The notes beneath the pieces are model-generated. The model did no database searches and had not been told where the DNA came from. It saw nothing but the letters and a program-made list of their open reading frames with translations. A DNA stretch of 64,000 nt from Candidatus Woesebacteria bacterium (lineage in GTDB: Bacteria; Patescibacteriota; Microgenomatia; UBA8517), in NCBI GenBank assembly GCA_016432365.1, contig CP066686.1:128355-192354 (forward strand), read 5' to 3'. Position numbers and translations under genes: made by a program. This document shows, one piece after another, positions 27,716 through 36,447 of the stretch. How positions within the stretch are numbered: the first letter of the stretch is position 1; each line of letters begins with the position of its first letter.

Positions 27716-27809
27716 CTTTCACCCGCCGAAGCCTAGAGCGAAAGAGGGCTTCGGTTGGGTTTCAGCGGTCGAAGACCGCCAGATACCTGCGGTGTGTGCC
27801 GCAAAAAAA

Positions 27810-28721
27810 ATGGAAATCCCAAAAGCGACCTGGCAAACAAATTGGCCAGAACAAGCAGAAGTGCTTAGGAGCATGAATCGCACCCTTAACGAGGGCCGAG
27901 GGTTGTCGGTTTTAGAAATGGTTGCAAATGATTTGGAACGCAACGATCCAGACGTTGCAAGAATAAACGCTCGTAATCAGTCTGACAAATGGGATTACGT
28001 TACAGATAAAGTTAGGAAATGGTTAATAAATAATATTTTTGACAACTTCAGAGCGCCTTGGGAACTAACACCAGAAACTTTCTACGAGCGCATGGCAAGT
28101 AAACGAATTGCAGAAATAGACACCAGATATGATGAGCACAGCAACACCGAGGAAGGAGTAAGGCAAAAATTAGTAGAGAAAGGCTTTCACCAAATAAACA
28201 GGGTTGCCCTAACCATGAACCCACTCGACCGCTCAGGTCTTTTTAGGTCCATTGATGTCAAAACAGCCGATGAAGCTTTGGAACAAGAACTTGAAAAGGC
28301 TCAATTAACAAGTGGAAAAACAATGCTTGGCAAAGCTGTTGTAATTGTTAGAGAGCATGACCAAAAAGAGGCATTTGTTTTTGTGCGTACTAAAGTTAAA
28401 CGGGAAGATCTTGTCCCCGGCTGGAACACCGGTACAACTGTTTGGACTGAAAGCGACGGAACCATTGTCGGAAAAGCCGTTTCTAGTTATGGAGCTCTCG
28501 ACGAAAAAATTGAGGTGATGTTGTTAAAAAGATACTATCCTGAAGGTAAGCTGGAAGAAAAACTCGACGAGCTTTCAGCTGCAAACCTTCCTATCGAAAT
28601 TGAAGAGTCGGACAACCCAGACTATATTAGATTTCACATTGACCTTAAGAAAACTCACAACGCTAACTTAGCTTTTAATAGTTTAAAAACAGAGTTCGAC
28701 AATTGGTTTACCCGATCCTAG
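27810..28721 (+). CDS. hypothetical protein
   Basis: The ORF-track start at 27675 overlaps tRNA-Ser(UGA); trimmed to MEIPKATWQ. Confidence 0.45.
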   Translation: MEIPKATWQTNWPEQAEVLRSMNRTLNEGRGLSVLEMVANDLERNDPDVARINARNQSDKWDYVTDKVRKWLINNIFDNFRAPWELTPETFYERMASKRIAEIDTRYDEHSNTEEGVRQKLVEKGFHQINRVALTMNPLDRSGLFRSIDVKTADEALEQELEKAQLTSGKTMLGKAVVIVREHDQKEAFVFVRTKVKREDLVPGWNTGTTVWTESDGTIVGKAVSSYGALDEKIEVMLLKRYYPEGKLEEKLDELSAANLPIEIEESDNPDYIRFHIDLKKTHNANLAFNSLKTEFDNWFTRS

Positions 28722-28771
28722 TTAATGTTGACACCCCTCTATCTTCAGTGTATTAATGGTCTTACAAACAC

Positions 28772-29275
28772 ATGTCCCCTGAAACAAAACCTGAAAAAAA
28801 AGACTCCTGTTTCTTTTGTGAAGCCGGAAAAGATCCTGAGAAAGTAATTTATGAGAACGAACTTTTCTACGCACAACTTGATAGGTTCCCCATTACCCCG
28901 GGGCATACTGAAGTAATTCCCAAAAAACACATTGATTCGCTGTTGGATCTGACACCGGAAGAATGGACCTTACTACAAGTTGCCATAACAGAAACAGTAC
29001 ATCTAATTGAGGCTCTCGATTTTAAAAAAATTTATACTGAATTTGCGGATAAACCCATTAACGAAAAATCTGCCTGGTTTTGCCAACAAATGCTAAAGCA
29101 CCCCGGAATAAACAAAAAACCGGACGGCTATAATTTTGGCAACAATGACGGTGAGGCCGCAGGCCGAACCATCCACCACCTTCACATCCACATAATTCCG
29201 AGATTTAACGGAGATGTAGAAGACCCCCGCGGTGGCATAAGGCACATCATTCCGGGAATGGGAAATTACAAATAG
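28772..29275 (+). CDS. HIT (histidine triad) family protein
   Basis: HHLHIHIIPR histidine triad and an N-terminal CFFCE zinc motif. Confidence 0.8.
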   Translation: MSPETKPEKKDSCFFCEAGKDPEKVIYENELFYAQLDRFPITPGHTEVIPKKHIDSLLDLTPEEWTLLQVAITETVHLIEALDFKKIYTEFADKPINEKSAWFCQQMLKHPGINKKPDGYNFGNNDGEAAGRTIHHLHIHIIPRFNGDVEDPRGGIRHIIPGMGNYK

Positions 29276-29387
29276 GATTGTCATCCTCCAAGCCAAAAGT
29301 CAGTCGAAAAACGGTTTTAGTTGATTTATTTGTAAAAATACTATAGAATACTTTCGAAGCACATTTCAGTCAAAAAAGGAGCTAAAA

Positions 29388-29849
29388 ATGTCTAATTTGC
29401 CGCAAGTTGGCGACGTTATCAAATCGCCGAAGTTTGCCTACGGCTACTGGGAATCTGAGGACAAGGAAATCATCACCATTGATGGCCAGTCTACCTCGTA
29501 TGTCGTTGGCTACACCGTAAGTGTTGAGGAAAGGCTCAAGGCAGCGGCTGTCACCGGCAACCCGGACCAACCGTTAGTAAGAGAGGTTGATCTTGGTGCG
29601 TACGACCCCTCGCGGGGAAATGCCGAGTTCATCGTGGAGAAAGCATCAATGGAAGGTGGAGGCACCGGTATGGGTCCGCATGACGTTTATCCCGACGGTT
29701 GGCTTATCAACGCCAGACGGCTTTCGAAAGCGGGTGTCTACGATCCTGACGGTGAGGTAATAAGATTTTACATGTCAGGCTCTTTCACCTGCATGGTCCT
29801 TCCCGTCGACGTGGCCATTGTTCGCCACATGAAGATGTCTTTCAAGTAA
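29388..29849 (+). CDS. hypothetical protein
   Basis: Good RBS (AAGGAG) 9 nt upstream and a -35/-10-like TTGATT…TATAGAAT pair. Confidence 0.5.
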   Translation: MSNLPQVGDVIKSPKFAYGYWESEDKEIITIDGQSTSYVVGYTVSVEERLKAAAVTGNPDQPLVREVDLGAYDPSRGNAEFIVEKASMEGGGTGMGPHDVYPDGWLINARRLSKAGVYDPDGEVIRFYMSGSFTCMVLPVDVAIVRHMKMSFK

Positions 29850-29970
29850 TTTGCTCTTAGGGGAGCTCTGAAACCAAAAATTTCATCTCCCCGATCTATC
29901 CTACAATTGTAATTTCCCACTCCAGCGAAGCACACATCGTTCTAAAAATGAACAATATAAATTGACCTCT

Positions 29971-31749
29971 TTAATAACGCTTAAAAAAACCTACAAAAAA
30001 CTGCCAGATTGAAGAAAAAAACAATTTAAGATTGCGGCACAGGTTTCCCCAAAAACCAAGCGTCCCTGAATCGGTCGATTGGTTGTCGTCGAGAACAGGC
30101 ATGGCTGTCGGTATAGGAGAAGTTGGATTTACATTGATACTTGCCGCTGTCGGAGTCGGACTGGCAACAAAAGTTGTTGCACTCTGACTACCACCAAACC
30201 CCGTTTTTACCCTTAAAATGTTACTCCAAGCACCGGGCATACATCCATTCCCACCCCTGATTCTAAAATAATAGTTAGTGTTTGACTTGAGAGCTTTTAT
30301 TGTTAGCGATAATGCCCCTGTGTTGTCAGCTTGGTAATATTCAAACCCGTAAATCGGATTATTTTCAGTTAGACCATATGCTAGGTAATATCTATCGACA
30401 GGTTCGCCTGCCGGAACAAAATAGAGTTTAACAGAATTGTTAAATGCGTCTGCTTTTAATAGATGTGGCGCAGAGGACGGAGCCTGAGCACTACACACCG
30501 ATGGACCGGCAGCCGAAAGTGGCGGGAGGGTTGGAACCGGAGTCGGAACTGGTAATGCATATGAGTAAACAACTCCATTTCCCGTATCACCACCGGCAGA
30601 AGCTATGCCATAAAGATTGTAAGACATCCAGAAAGGGTGGCTATATGGCGAGGACCCGTCAGCAGTACCACCGGCAAATTCGTGAAGAAGAGTAAAACCG
30701 GTTCCGTCGGTGTTGATCTGATACAACACCCCGGCATTTGTATCACCGCCTTGGACTGAAGTTCCATACAAAACACCGCTTGAGATTACTGGGCCAATAA
30801 AAGGCCACTTTCCGTCACTGCCACCACCGGCAAATTCGTGAAGAAGAGTAAAACCGGTTCCGTCGGTGTTGATCTTGTAAACAGTACCAAAGTTACTATC
30901 TCCACCACTAAAAGAGGCACCATATATAACCCCATCCCGCAAGATCATTGATTTGGGTGAATCACTGTCACTCGCCCCACCGGCAAATTCGTGAAGCAAA
31001 GTAAATCCTGTACCGTCTGTATTCATCGAGAAAATTGTTCCTTTGTTACTATCTCCACCCTGGGCAGTTGTACCATATAAAACACCTGAATCCAATGATA
31101 AAGTGCTAATACTGGCATCGCTTCCATCGCTTGCCCCACCCGCGAATTCACGCAGCAGTGTAAACCCTGTACCGTCTGTATTCATCGAGAAAATTGTTCC
31201 TTTATTGCTGTCTCCACCCAAAGAGGTTGTACCATACAACACCGATCCGGATAGCGTTAAACCACCAATCGCCGGCTTACTTCCATCGCTCGCCCCGCCT
31301 GCAAACTCATGAAGCAAGGTAAATCCTGTACCGTCTGTATTCATTGAAAAAATTGTTCCCAAACTACTGTCACCTCCAACAAACGTGGTGCCATATAGTT
31401 TTGTGCCAGACAGTACCAGTGTCGATTCTGGTGTTGCTCCGTCACTTCCGCCCCCAGCAAAATTATGCAGGATACTATATCCAGAACCGTCTGTATTCAT
31501 TGAAAAAATTGTTCCCAAACCGGCGCTACCGCCGGCATATGTAATTCCATATAGTTTGGTTCCTGAACCGGCTAAACTTCCATAATAAGGGGTTGCCCCA
31601 TCACTGGGCCCACCGGCAAATTCGTGAAGCAGTGTCACGGCGGCATTCACCCTGGACGCAAAAGACAAAAAGGCAATAGATACTACAAGAAAAAAAGCCA
31701 AACGAACAATTCTCCGACCCATATAATTTATATTATCACGAAAAGTCAT
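29971..31749 (-). CDS. secreted tandem-repeat protein (GloVer-type 'choice-of-anchor' beta-propeller repeats) with C-terminal Fn3-like region
   Basis: Signal peptide, then ~8 repeats of LHEFAGG(A/G)SDG…LYGTT..GGDSN.GTIFSMNTDGTGFTLL. Confidence 0.65.
   Translation of the reverse strand: MTFRDNINYMGRRIVRLAFFLVVSIAFLSFASRVNAAVTLLHEFAGGPSDGATPYYGSLAGSGTKLYGITYAGGSAGLGTIFSMNTDGSGYSILHNFAGGGSDGATPESTLVLSGTKLYGTTFVGGDSSLGTIFSMNTDGTGFTLLHEFAGGASDGSKPAIGGLTLSGSVLYGTTSLGGDSNKGTIFSMNTDGTGFTLLREFAGGASDGSDASISTLSLDSGVLYGTTAQGGDSNKGTIFSMNTDGTGFTLLHEFAGGASDSDSPKSMILRDGVIYGASFSGGDSNFGTVYKINTDGTGFTLLHEFAGGGSDGKWPFIGPVISSGVLYGTSVQGGDTNAGVLYQINTDGTGFTLLHEFAGGTADGSSPYSHPFWMSYNLYGIASAGGDTGNGVVYSYALPVPTPVPTLPPLSAAGPSVCSAQAPSSAPHLLKADAFNNSVKLYFVPAGEPVDRYYLAYGLTENNPIYGFEYYQADNTGALSLTIKALKSNTNYYFRIRGGNGCMPGAWSNILRVKTGFGGSQSATTFVASPTPTAASINVNPTSPIPTAMPVLDDNQSTDSGTLGFWGNLCRNLKLFFSSIWQFFVGFFKRY
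30600..31640. repeat. tandem ~150 bp coding repeats (inside the 29971..31749 gene)
   Basis: Near-identical DNA blocks, for example 30655-30710 vs 30821-30875, and 30985-31060 vs 31140-31215 vs 31295-31370. Confidence 0.6.
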
Positions 31750-31780
31750 TGTATTATTATTATTATTTTACACAAAAGTA

Positions 31781-32467
31781 TCATCTCGCAATGGTCATTC
31801 CCCAAACCCTTTCCACCCCATTAGATTTTAAAATTTTTGCCGCTTCTTTAAGGGTGGAGCCAGTGGTAAATACATCGTCGAAGAGAATAACAGATCTAAG
31901 ATTTAAGACTGATGATTTATAAATGGGGTTGAGGGAAAAGACACCGCGGAGATTTTCTTTTCTCGCTTTGACAGAAAGTTCAACTTGTGATTTGGTTGAT
32001 TTATTCTTTATAAGCAAGTCTGGAACAAATTTCCATCCCATTTCTTTGGCCACAATTTTTCCAATTTCTTCCGACTGATTAAACCCCCGTACGTTCTCCC
32101 GATGCCAATAAATAGGTATTGGCACCATGTGAGAGTTGCCAGTAACTAGATTTTGAGCACCGACCTTTTTCAATTCAGGCACAAAATAACCGCATATTTC
32201 CTGCACAATTTCCGTGGCATATCTATATTTGATGGCATGAACAGCATTTTTAACCACCCCTTCGTATTTCCACATCGAAGTTAACCCGTCTAGTCCACGT
32301 TTTTTTCTGCATTTTGAGTGAGTAAATCCGTCAATGGATGGCTTCTCACAATAAGGGCACGCCTGCTTTAAAGTCCGGACCTTAATCAGACAATTCTCAC
32401 AAATGTATTTACCCGCCTTCCCGCAGGAAAGGCATGTTTTTGGGAAAATTAGATCAAGAATTCCCAT
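31781..32467 (-). CDS. ComF-family phosphoribosyltransferase (competence protein ComFC-like)
   Basis: N-terminal double CxxC zinc finger (CLSCGK…CENC…CPYC…C) and PRTase motif VILFDDVFTTGSTL. Confidence 0.7.
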   Translation of the reverse strand: MGILDLIFPKTCLSCGKAGKYICENCLIKVRTLKQACPYCEKPSIDGFTHSKCRKKRGLDGLTSMWKYEGVVKNAVHAIKYRYATEIVQEICGYFVPELKKVGAQNLVTGNSHMVPIPIYWHRENVRGFNQSEEIGKIVAKEMGWKFVPDLLIKNKSTKSQVELSVKARKENLRGVFSLNPIYKSSVLNLRSVILFDDVFTTGSTLKEAAKILKSNGVERVWGMTIAR

Positions 32468-32487
32468 ATGCGTTACAATATCAGTAT

Positions 32488-32922
32488 ATGCGAATGGTTA
32501 ACAAACGCGCCAGATTTGAATACGAGCTTGTGGGAGAGGGGGTTGAGGCTGGAATTTCCCTAAAAGGAGTCGAGGCTAAGTCTATCCGTGAGAACCGCGG
32601 AGATATCTCCAGATCTAGCGTGAGAATCCTAAACGGAGAGGCCTATTTAATTAATGCAAACATACCGGCCACGGGAATTCAGAAATATGATCCGACAAGA
32701 ACACGTAAGCTTTTACTGCACAAACGGGAAATACTCTCTATTTTGACAAAAGCAAAGCAGCAAAAGTTGCAAATCGTGCCTGTTAGGATGTATAATAAGG
32801 GTCGCTTAATCAAGGTTTATCTTGAACTTGGCAAATCTAAACGCAAGTTCGAAAAGAAAGAAACAATTAAGTTGAGAGATGTCCAAAGGGACATCGAAAC
32901 AGAGCTTAAAAACTCTGTCTGA
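32488..32922 (+). CDS. smpB: SsrA-binding protein SmpB
   Basis: MRMVNKRARFEYELVGEGVEAGISLKGVEAKSIR…; the tmRNA gene lies 100 nt downstream. Confidence 0.85.
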   Translation: MRMVNKRARFEYELVGEGVEAGISLKGVEAKSIRENRGDISRSSVRILNGEAYLINANIPATGIQKYDPTRTRKLLLHKREILSILTKAKQQKLQIVPVRMYNKGRLIKVYLELGKSKRKFEKKETIKLRDVQRDIETELKNSV

Positions 32923-33026
32923 GTTCCAAACAAAATTTGCATATGCAAATTTTGAAAGGAGAAGCCAGCGAAAAGCCAAACCCCGAAATTTGTTCGGGGG
33001 AAGGCGCCGAAGCTGCGCTTCGACGC

Positions 33027-33390
33027 GGGGACGATCGGTTTCGACGAGAGCTCTTTAACAAAACTGCAAGCGGACTTTTATCTGTAGTCCTTAAAAATGG
33101 GTTAAAAAACTAAAGCTAAATCTTACGATTCAGCTCCCCGTTTCCAGATGGCATTCGCCTAAGGAATGGGTGTCCTTTAATTTGATTCTCGACCGAATTA
33201 GATGGGCATAAACCTGTTCGAGATGCTGTATAAATCTTATGATTTAGAGATTTATAAATAAGCCAATTACATCTTACCTTGAAATTTCTTGTTGATTAGA
33301 TAAGTTCAAGGGAAATTAAAAAATCAAATAAGCTTGTAGATGTTTTGTTTTAATGTTTTTCGGACGCGGGTTCGATTCCCGCCGTCTCCA
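33027..33390 (+). ncRNA. ssrA: tmRNA (SsrA)
   Basis: 5' GGGGACGATCGGTTTCGACG pairs with 3' CGTCTCCA. T arm is GGACGCGGGTTCGATTCCCGC. A candidate tag ORF reads …GCTAAATCTTACGATTCAGCTCCCCGTTTCCAGATGGCATTCGCCTAA (…MAFA*). Sits downstream of smpB. Confidence 0.8.
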
Positions 33391-33452
33391 CTCACATTCG
33401 TCGTTGCGCCATCGGTAATCGATAGTGCTCGGGTACTTCGTGTTTTGCACAC

Positions 33453-33472
33453 GATTCCCGCCGTCTCCACCA
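33453..33472 (+). repeat. direct repeat duplicating the tmRNA 3' end (gattcccgccgtctccacca)
   Basis: 18 of 18 nt identical to 33374-33391, and this copy ends in CCA. No T-stem 5' half precedes it, so it is a partial copy. Confidence 0.55.
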
Positions 33473-33474
33473 AG

Positions 33475-35469
33475 TCAGATGTGTTTGATATCAACCGAGT
33501 AGAGTTTGTCTCCCGTCAGAAGTATTATCTTTTTGTCCGTTTCAGACACCACAACATTTGAGGCCCCAGAAATAGAATCGCTTAGATATTGTGCTTTGTA
33601 TGCTCCTTTTTTGTCCGTAACCACCACCCTCTTACCCGCGCGATCAAGTAAATAAACATATTGTGTATCATCTCCTGCAAATATGGCGTCCGTATTGCCA
33701 ATTTCGGGAGTGACACCGTTAATTTTAAAGTTCTGGGGACTTCCCTGACTGTATTTCAAAATTTTCGAATTGGGGAAAAGCGCATAAACAGCTCCATCGA
33801 TTACCCACTGTCTGACTCCGGAAAAATCAGGCTTTGTACTTGCCGATAACCAATTTGTTTTATTAGGAAAATCATTACCCACTCCGGCATATCTGTATAT
33901 TTGATTGCCGGATACATCCAGTACGTAAATATTCCCCGCAAAAGCTTTTACCAAGGCCTGGCCATCCCAGGTTTTGTCTATAACTTTATTTTTTTGTTTA
34001 CCAACCTCGTAAACTCCGTCTGAGGATAAAATGAATGCCCTGTCTTCGTATGAAGCAAGGTCTTCGGCACTATCTATTACACCCGGACCCGCAACCACTT
34101 TACTTTTCTTGGTAGAGATAGCAATACTGACAATCCTTTTCCCTGCTTTGTCCAAAATAAATATATTCCCTCCTGACACCGTTAAAGCGTCCCCTTTAAA
34201 CCCTGAAGAAAGCAAACCCAAGTCTAAGAAAAGCTCTGGGGCAGCCAAAAATTCACCCAAAATTGAGGCCCGACTTGAATCCATCTTCTTTCTAACTGCA
34301 TCATATGCCGGATCTTTGATATGAAGACTCTCCAGCGTCGCAAGTTTATTGCTGGCGTCGTAGAAAAGCTCTCTTGACCTCTCCGGACTAACACTGGACA
34401 AACTGATTGCTTCATCTATCTCACTTTGAACCTGTTGAAGTATTCCTTGATACTTGTTTTTAACGTCATTAATTTTTTTCTGCCTAATTCCAAACCCGAT
34501 ACTTACAGCCAGAACAAAGATGAGGATTAAAGCCACGGAAAAGGTTAATTTTTTGCTTTGTGACGAGTATTCATCGTTGACTTCATTTTTTACATAAATT
34601 TGTTTTTGGGGCAACTTCTTTAAAATCCCGTCGATAACATTAGACAATTTTTGTTTGAAACTCGGCTGTGGAAAACTAAAACCATTTGCAACCGGAGGGG
34701 ATTCAAAATATTCTGCCTGTTCTTGGGAAAACCGGAGAACTATCGCGGCCATATTTCCGGTAGTGTTTTCGCCGCTAGACCCGGGAGAAAATATTGATAT
34801 TGCCTCTTCGGGGCTCCCGGCGGAAAGCGCGGCCTTAATAACACCCGGAGAAACCCCATCGTAAAAAGATTTTGTTCCAATGAGCATCACATCACCTTTT
34901 TTTGGAAAACCTGAAGAAACAATTGTCTCCTCATCGACGCTCTTTAGAATTGTTCCGATAGACCCCTCTCTACAGATTGTTACTTCCGCCCCGCCAACAG
35001 CAGCAGAGTAGACAACGTCTCCGCAAACGCTTGCGGCCGCAATTTCCACATCCCCCCAAGATTCTTTGAATCCCCTGGCCAAATTTTCCACCGCAGACTT
35101 GAGGGCGTTAAACGGTTTGACCGAAAGGTCGTTAAAATAATCCTCACGAAATCTCGCTATTAAGGCACGCCCGGCAGAGATAGTTTCCACGTCCCGGCTT
35201 TCGATTCTCGAAGTAGATGAAGCTCCCTCGACCTTGCGGTCGGGGTATCTTCTCCCAAGCTTCGTCGGGAGCGGAATCCCTCCGAAGCGAAACTCTTCGC
35301 TTACATCCGCGAGCTCACGCTCGGGGTATTTCGCGAAGGAGGATAAAACCACAAATAAATGTCCGCGGAGAGATTTCTTCTCAGCACCTTCGGGTACAAA
35401 ATCATAGGACTCGGCCCATCCGGGTCCTTTCGGAATTCCTGTTAATTTTGCGCTAACAATCTCAAACAT
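33475..35469 (-). CDS. single-pass membrane protein with cytoplasmic N-terminal domain and large extracytoplasmic C-terminal domain
   Basis: TM helix LTFSVALILIFVLAVSIGFGI near residue 300; no confident domain call. Confidence 0.45.
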   Translation of the reverse strand: MFEIVSAKLTGIPKGPGWAESYDFVPEGAEKKSLRGHLFVVLSSFAKYPERELADVSEEFRFGGIPLPTKLGRRYPDRKVEGASSTSRIESRDVETISAGRALIARFREDYFNDLSVKPFNALKSAVENLARGFKESWGDVEIAAASVCGDVVYSAAVGGAEVTICREGSIGTILKSVDEETIVSSGFPKKGDVMLIGTKSFYDGVSPGVIKAALSAGSPEEAISIFSPGSSGENTTGNMAAIVLRFSQEQAEYFESPPVANGFSFPQPSFKQKLSNVIDGILKKLPQKQIYVKNEVNDEYSSQSKKLTFSVALILIFVLAVSIGFGIRQKKINDVKNKYQGILQQVQSEIDEAISLSSVSPERSRELFYDASNKLATLESLHIKDPAYDAVRKKMDSSRASILGEFLAAPELFLDLGLLSSGFKGDALTVSGGNIFILDKAGKRIVSIAISTKKSKVVAGPGVIDSAEDLASYEDRAFILSSDGVYEVGKQKNKVIDKTWDGQALVKAFAGNIYVLDVSGNQIYRYAGVGNDFPNKTNWLSASTKPDFSGVRQWVIDGAVYALFPNSKILKYSQGSPQNFKINGVTPEIGNTDAIFAGDDTQYVYLLDRAGKRVVVTDKKGAYKAQYLSDSISGASNVVVSETDKKIILLTGDKLYSVDIKHI

Positions 35470-35470
35470 T

Positions 35471-35692
35471 CTAAAGAATAACTAAAGCTGTCAAAAAGAC
35501 CAAAATTGCAAATCCCATGTGGAGCCAACTTAATGTTTTTGCCAAGCTTTCAAAGCCCAGCTGTAATGTATCCGTCATCATTTTGACCTGCCGCACCACG
35601 ACTAAGGAAAACACCAGATACATTCCCAACAACAATAGAGCAAATATTTTGGCTATCAACCATACATTAATGTCTGTAAATAAAGTTTCCAT
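35471..35692 (-). CDS. small membrane protein
   Basis: Two TM helices in 73 aa. Confidence 0.3.
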   Translation of the reverse strand: METLFTDINVWLIAKIFALLLLGMYLVFSLVVVRQVKMMTDTLQLGFESLAKTLSWLHMGFAILVFLTALVIL

Positions 35693-35694
35693 AT

Positions 35695-36351
35695 TTAAAC
35701 CTTTGACCTCAGATCGTCCAATATCTTAACTGCCCGTTCAGGGTTTGGAACAGCGTAGAAATCAAATTCAGACACCTCTGCAGCTGTCTGAATAAAAACA
35801 TCTCCATAATTAAGTAGAGTCCGTATCACTCCACCTGTTGTATAACTTACGTCCTCAATTTTCTCTATCTCGGCATTTGAAACTCTCTTATTTATAAGGT
35901 TGTAAAAGTCGACATCGACTATCCTCTGGTCCGTAATAAAGTAAACATTAAAATACCAATCCAAAAACCCTTCGATCGCATAAGCACTTGTCACCAAATA
36001 CCAAGAAAGTGTTATTACAAGCGAAAACCCTTCCGGCAGAAGCGTAAATACTCCGAAAAGATTCAGAAGAGTTGGCCCTGATAGTAAGAAGATAGAAGTA
36101 ACAATCCACCTTAAGTTGACAACGGGGTGCTGTCTAAGCATCAAAATTATTTGCTCCTTGCTGGCTTTTGTCTCAAAATCAATATCGTCGGGGTAAAGGC
36201 TAAAGGCAGACCACCTGCTATGAGAGTGTCCATGAACCTCTGACTTTTGGGCTTCTGTTTTTGGCGGAGTGGCTGGTATACCCGATTGCTCCTGCGGAAC
36301 GTTCTGAGGTTCGATCTTTGCTTCTTCGGGGGAGATGAATATATCTGGCAT
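35695..36351 (-). CDS. bacterial PH-domain (YdbT-like, bPH_2) membrane protein
   Basis: Two TM helices followed by a YFITDQRIVDVDFYN…GDVFIQTAAE PH-like segment; leaderless TTGATATAAT promoter at 36352-36380. Confidence 0.55.
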   Translation of the reverse strand: MPDIFISPEEAKIEPQNVPQEQSGIPATPPKTEAQKSEVHGHSHSRWSAFSLYPDDIDFETKASKEQIILMLRQHPVVNLRWIVTSIFLLSGPTLLNLFGVFTLLPEGFSLVITLSWYLVTSAYAIEGFLDWYFNVYFITDQRIVDVDFYNLINKRVSNAEIEKIEDVSYTTGGVIRTLLNYGDVFIQTAAEVSEFDFYAVPNPERAVKILDDLRSKV

Positions 36352-36447
36352 TGTAACTTGATTATATCAAGTTAAGCGAAGAAGTAAAAACTAAAAAGTA
36401 AAAGTGTTCTTCACTCTTCGTTCTTCACTTTGTCACTTTTCACTTTT

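Noticed and set aside
27675-27809. N-terminal extension of the 27675..28721 ORF
   Set aside because: It overlaps tRNA-Ser(UGA) (27634-27715) on the same strand, so the start was moved to the first downstream ATG (27810).
30600-31640. Possible CRISPR array, considered because of regular ~150 bp tandem repeats
   Set aside because: The repeats are long, lie in frame inside a 592 aa ORF and encode GloVer-type protein repeats. There are no short spacer/repeat periodicity and no cas genes.
33392-33452. Possible intron within the tmRNA 3' end, between the two repeat copies
   Set aside because: At 61 nt it is far too short for a group I or II intron. Both copies carry the complete downstream sequence, so it is better explained as a direct-repeat scar.
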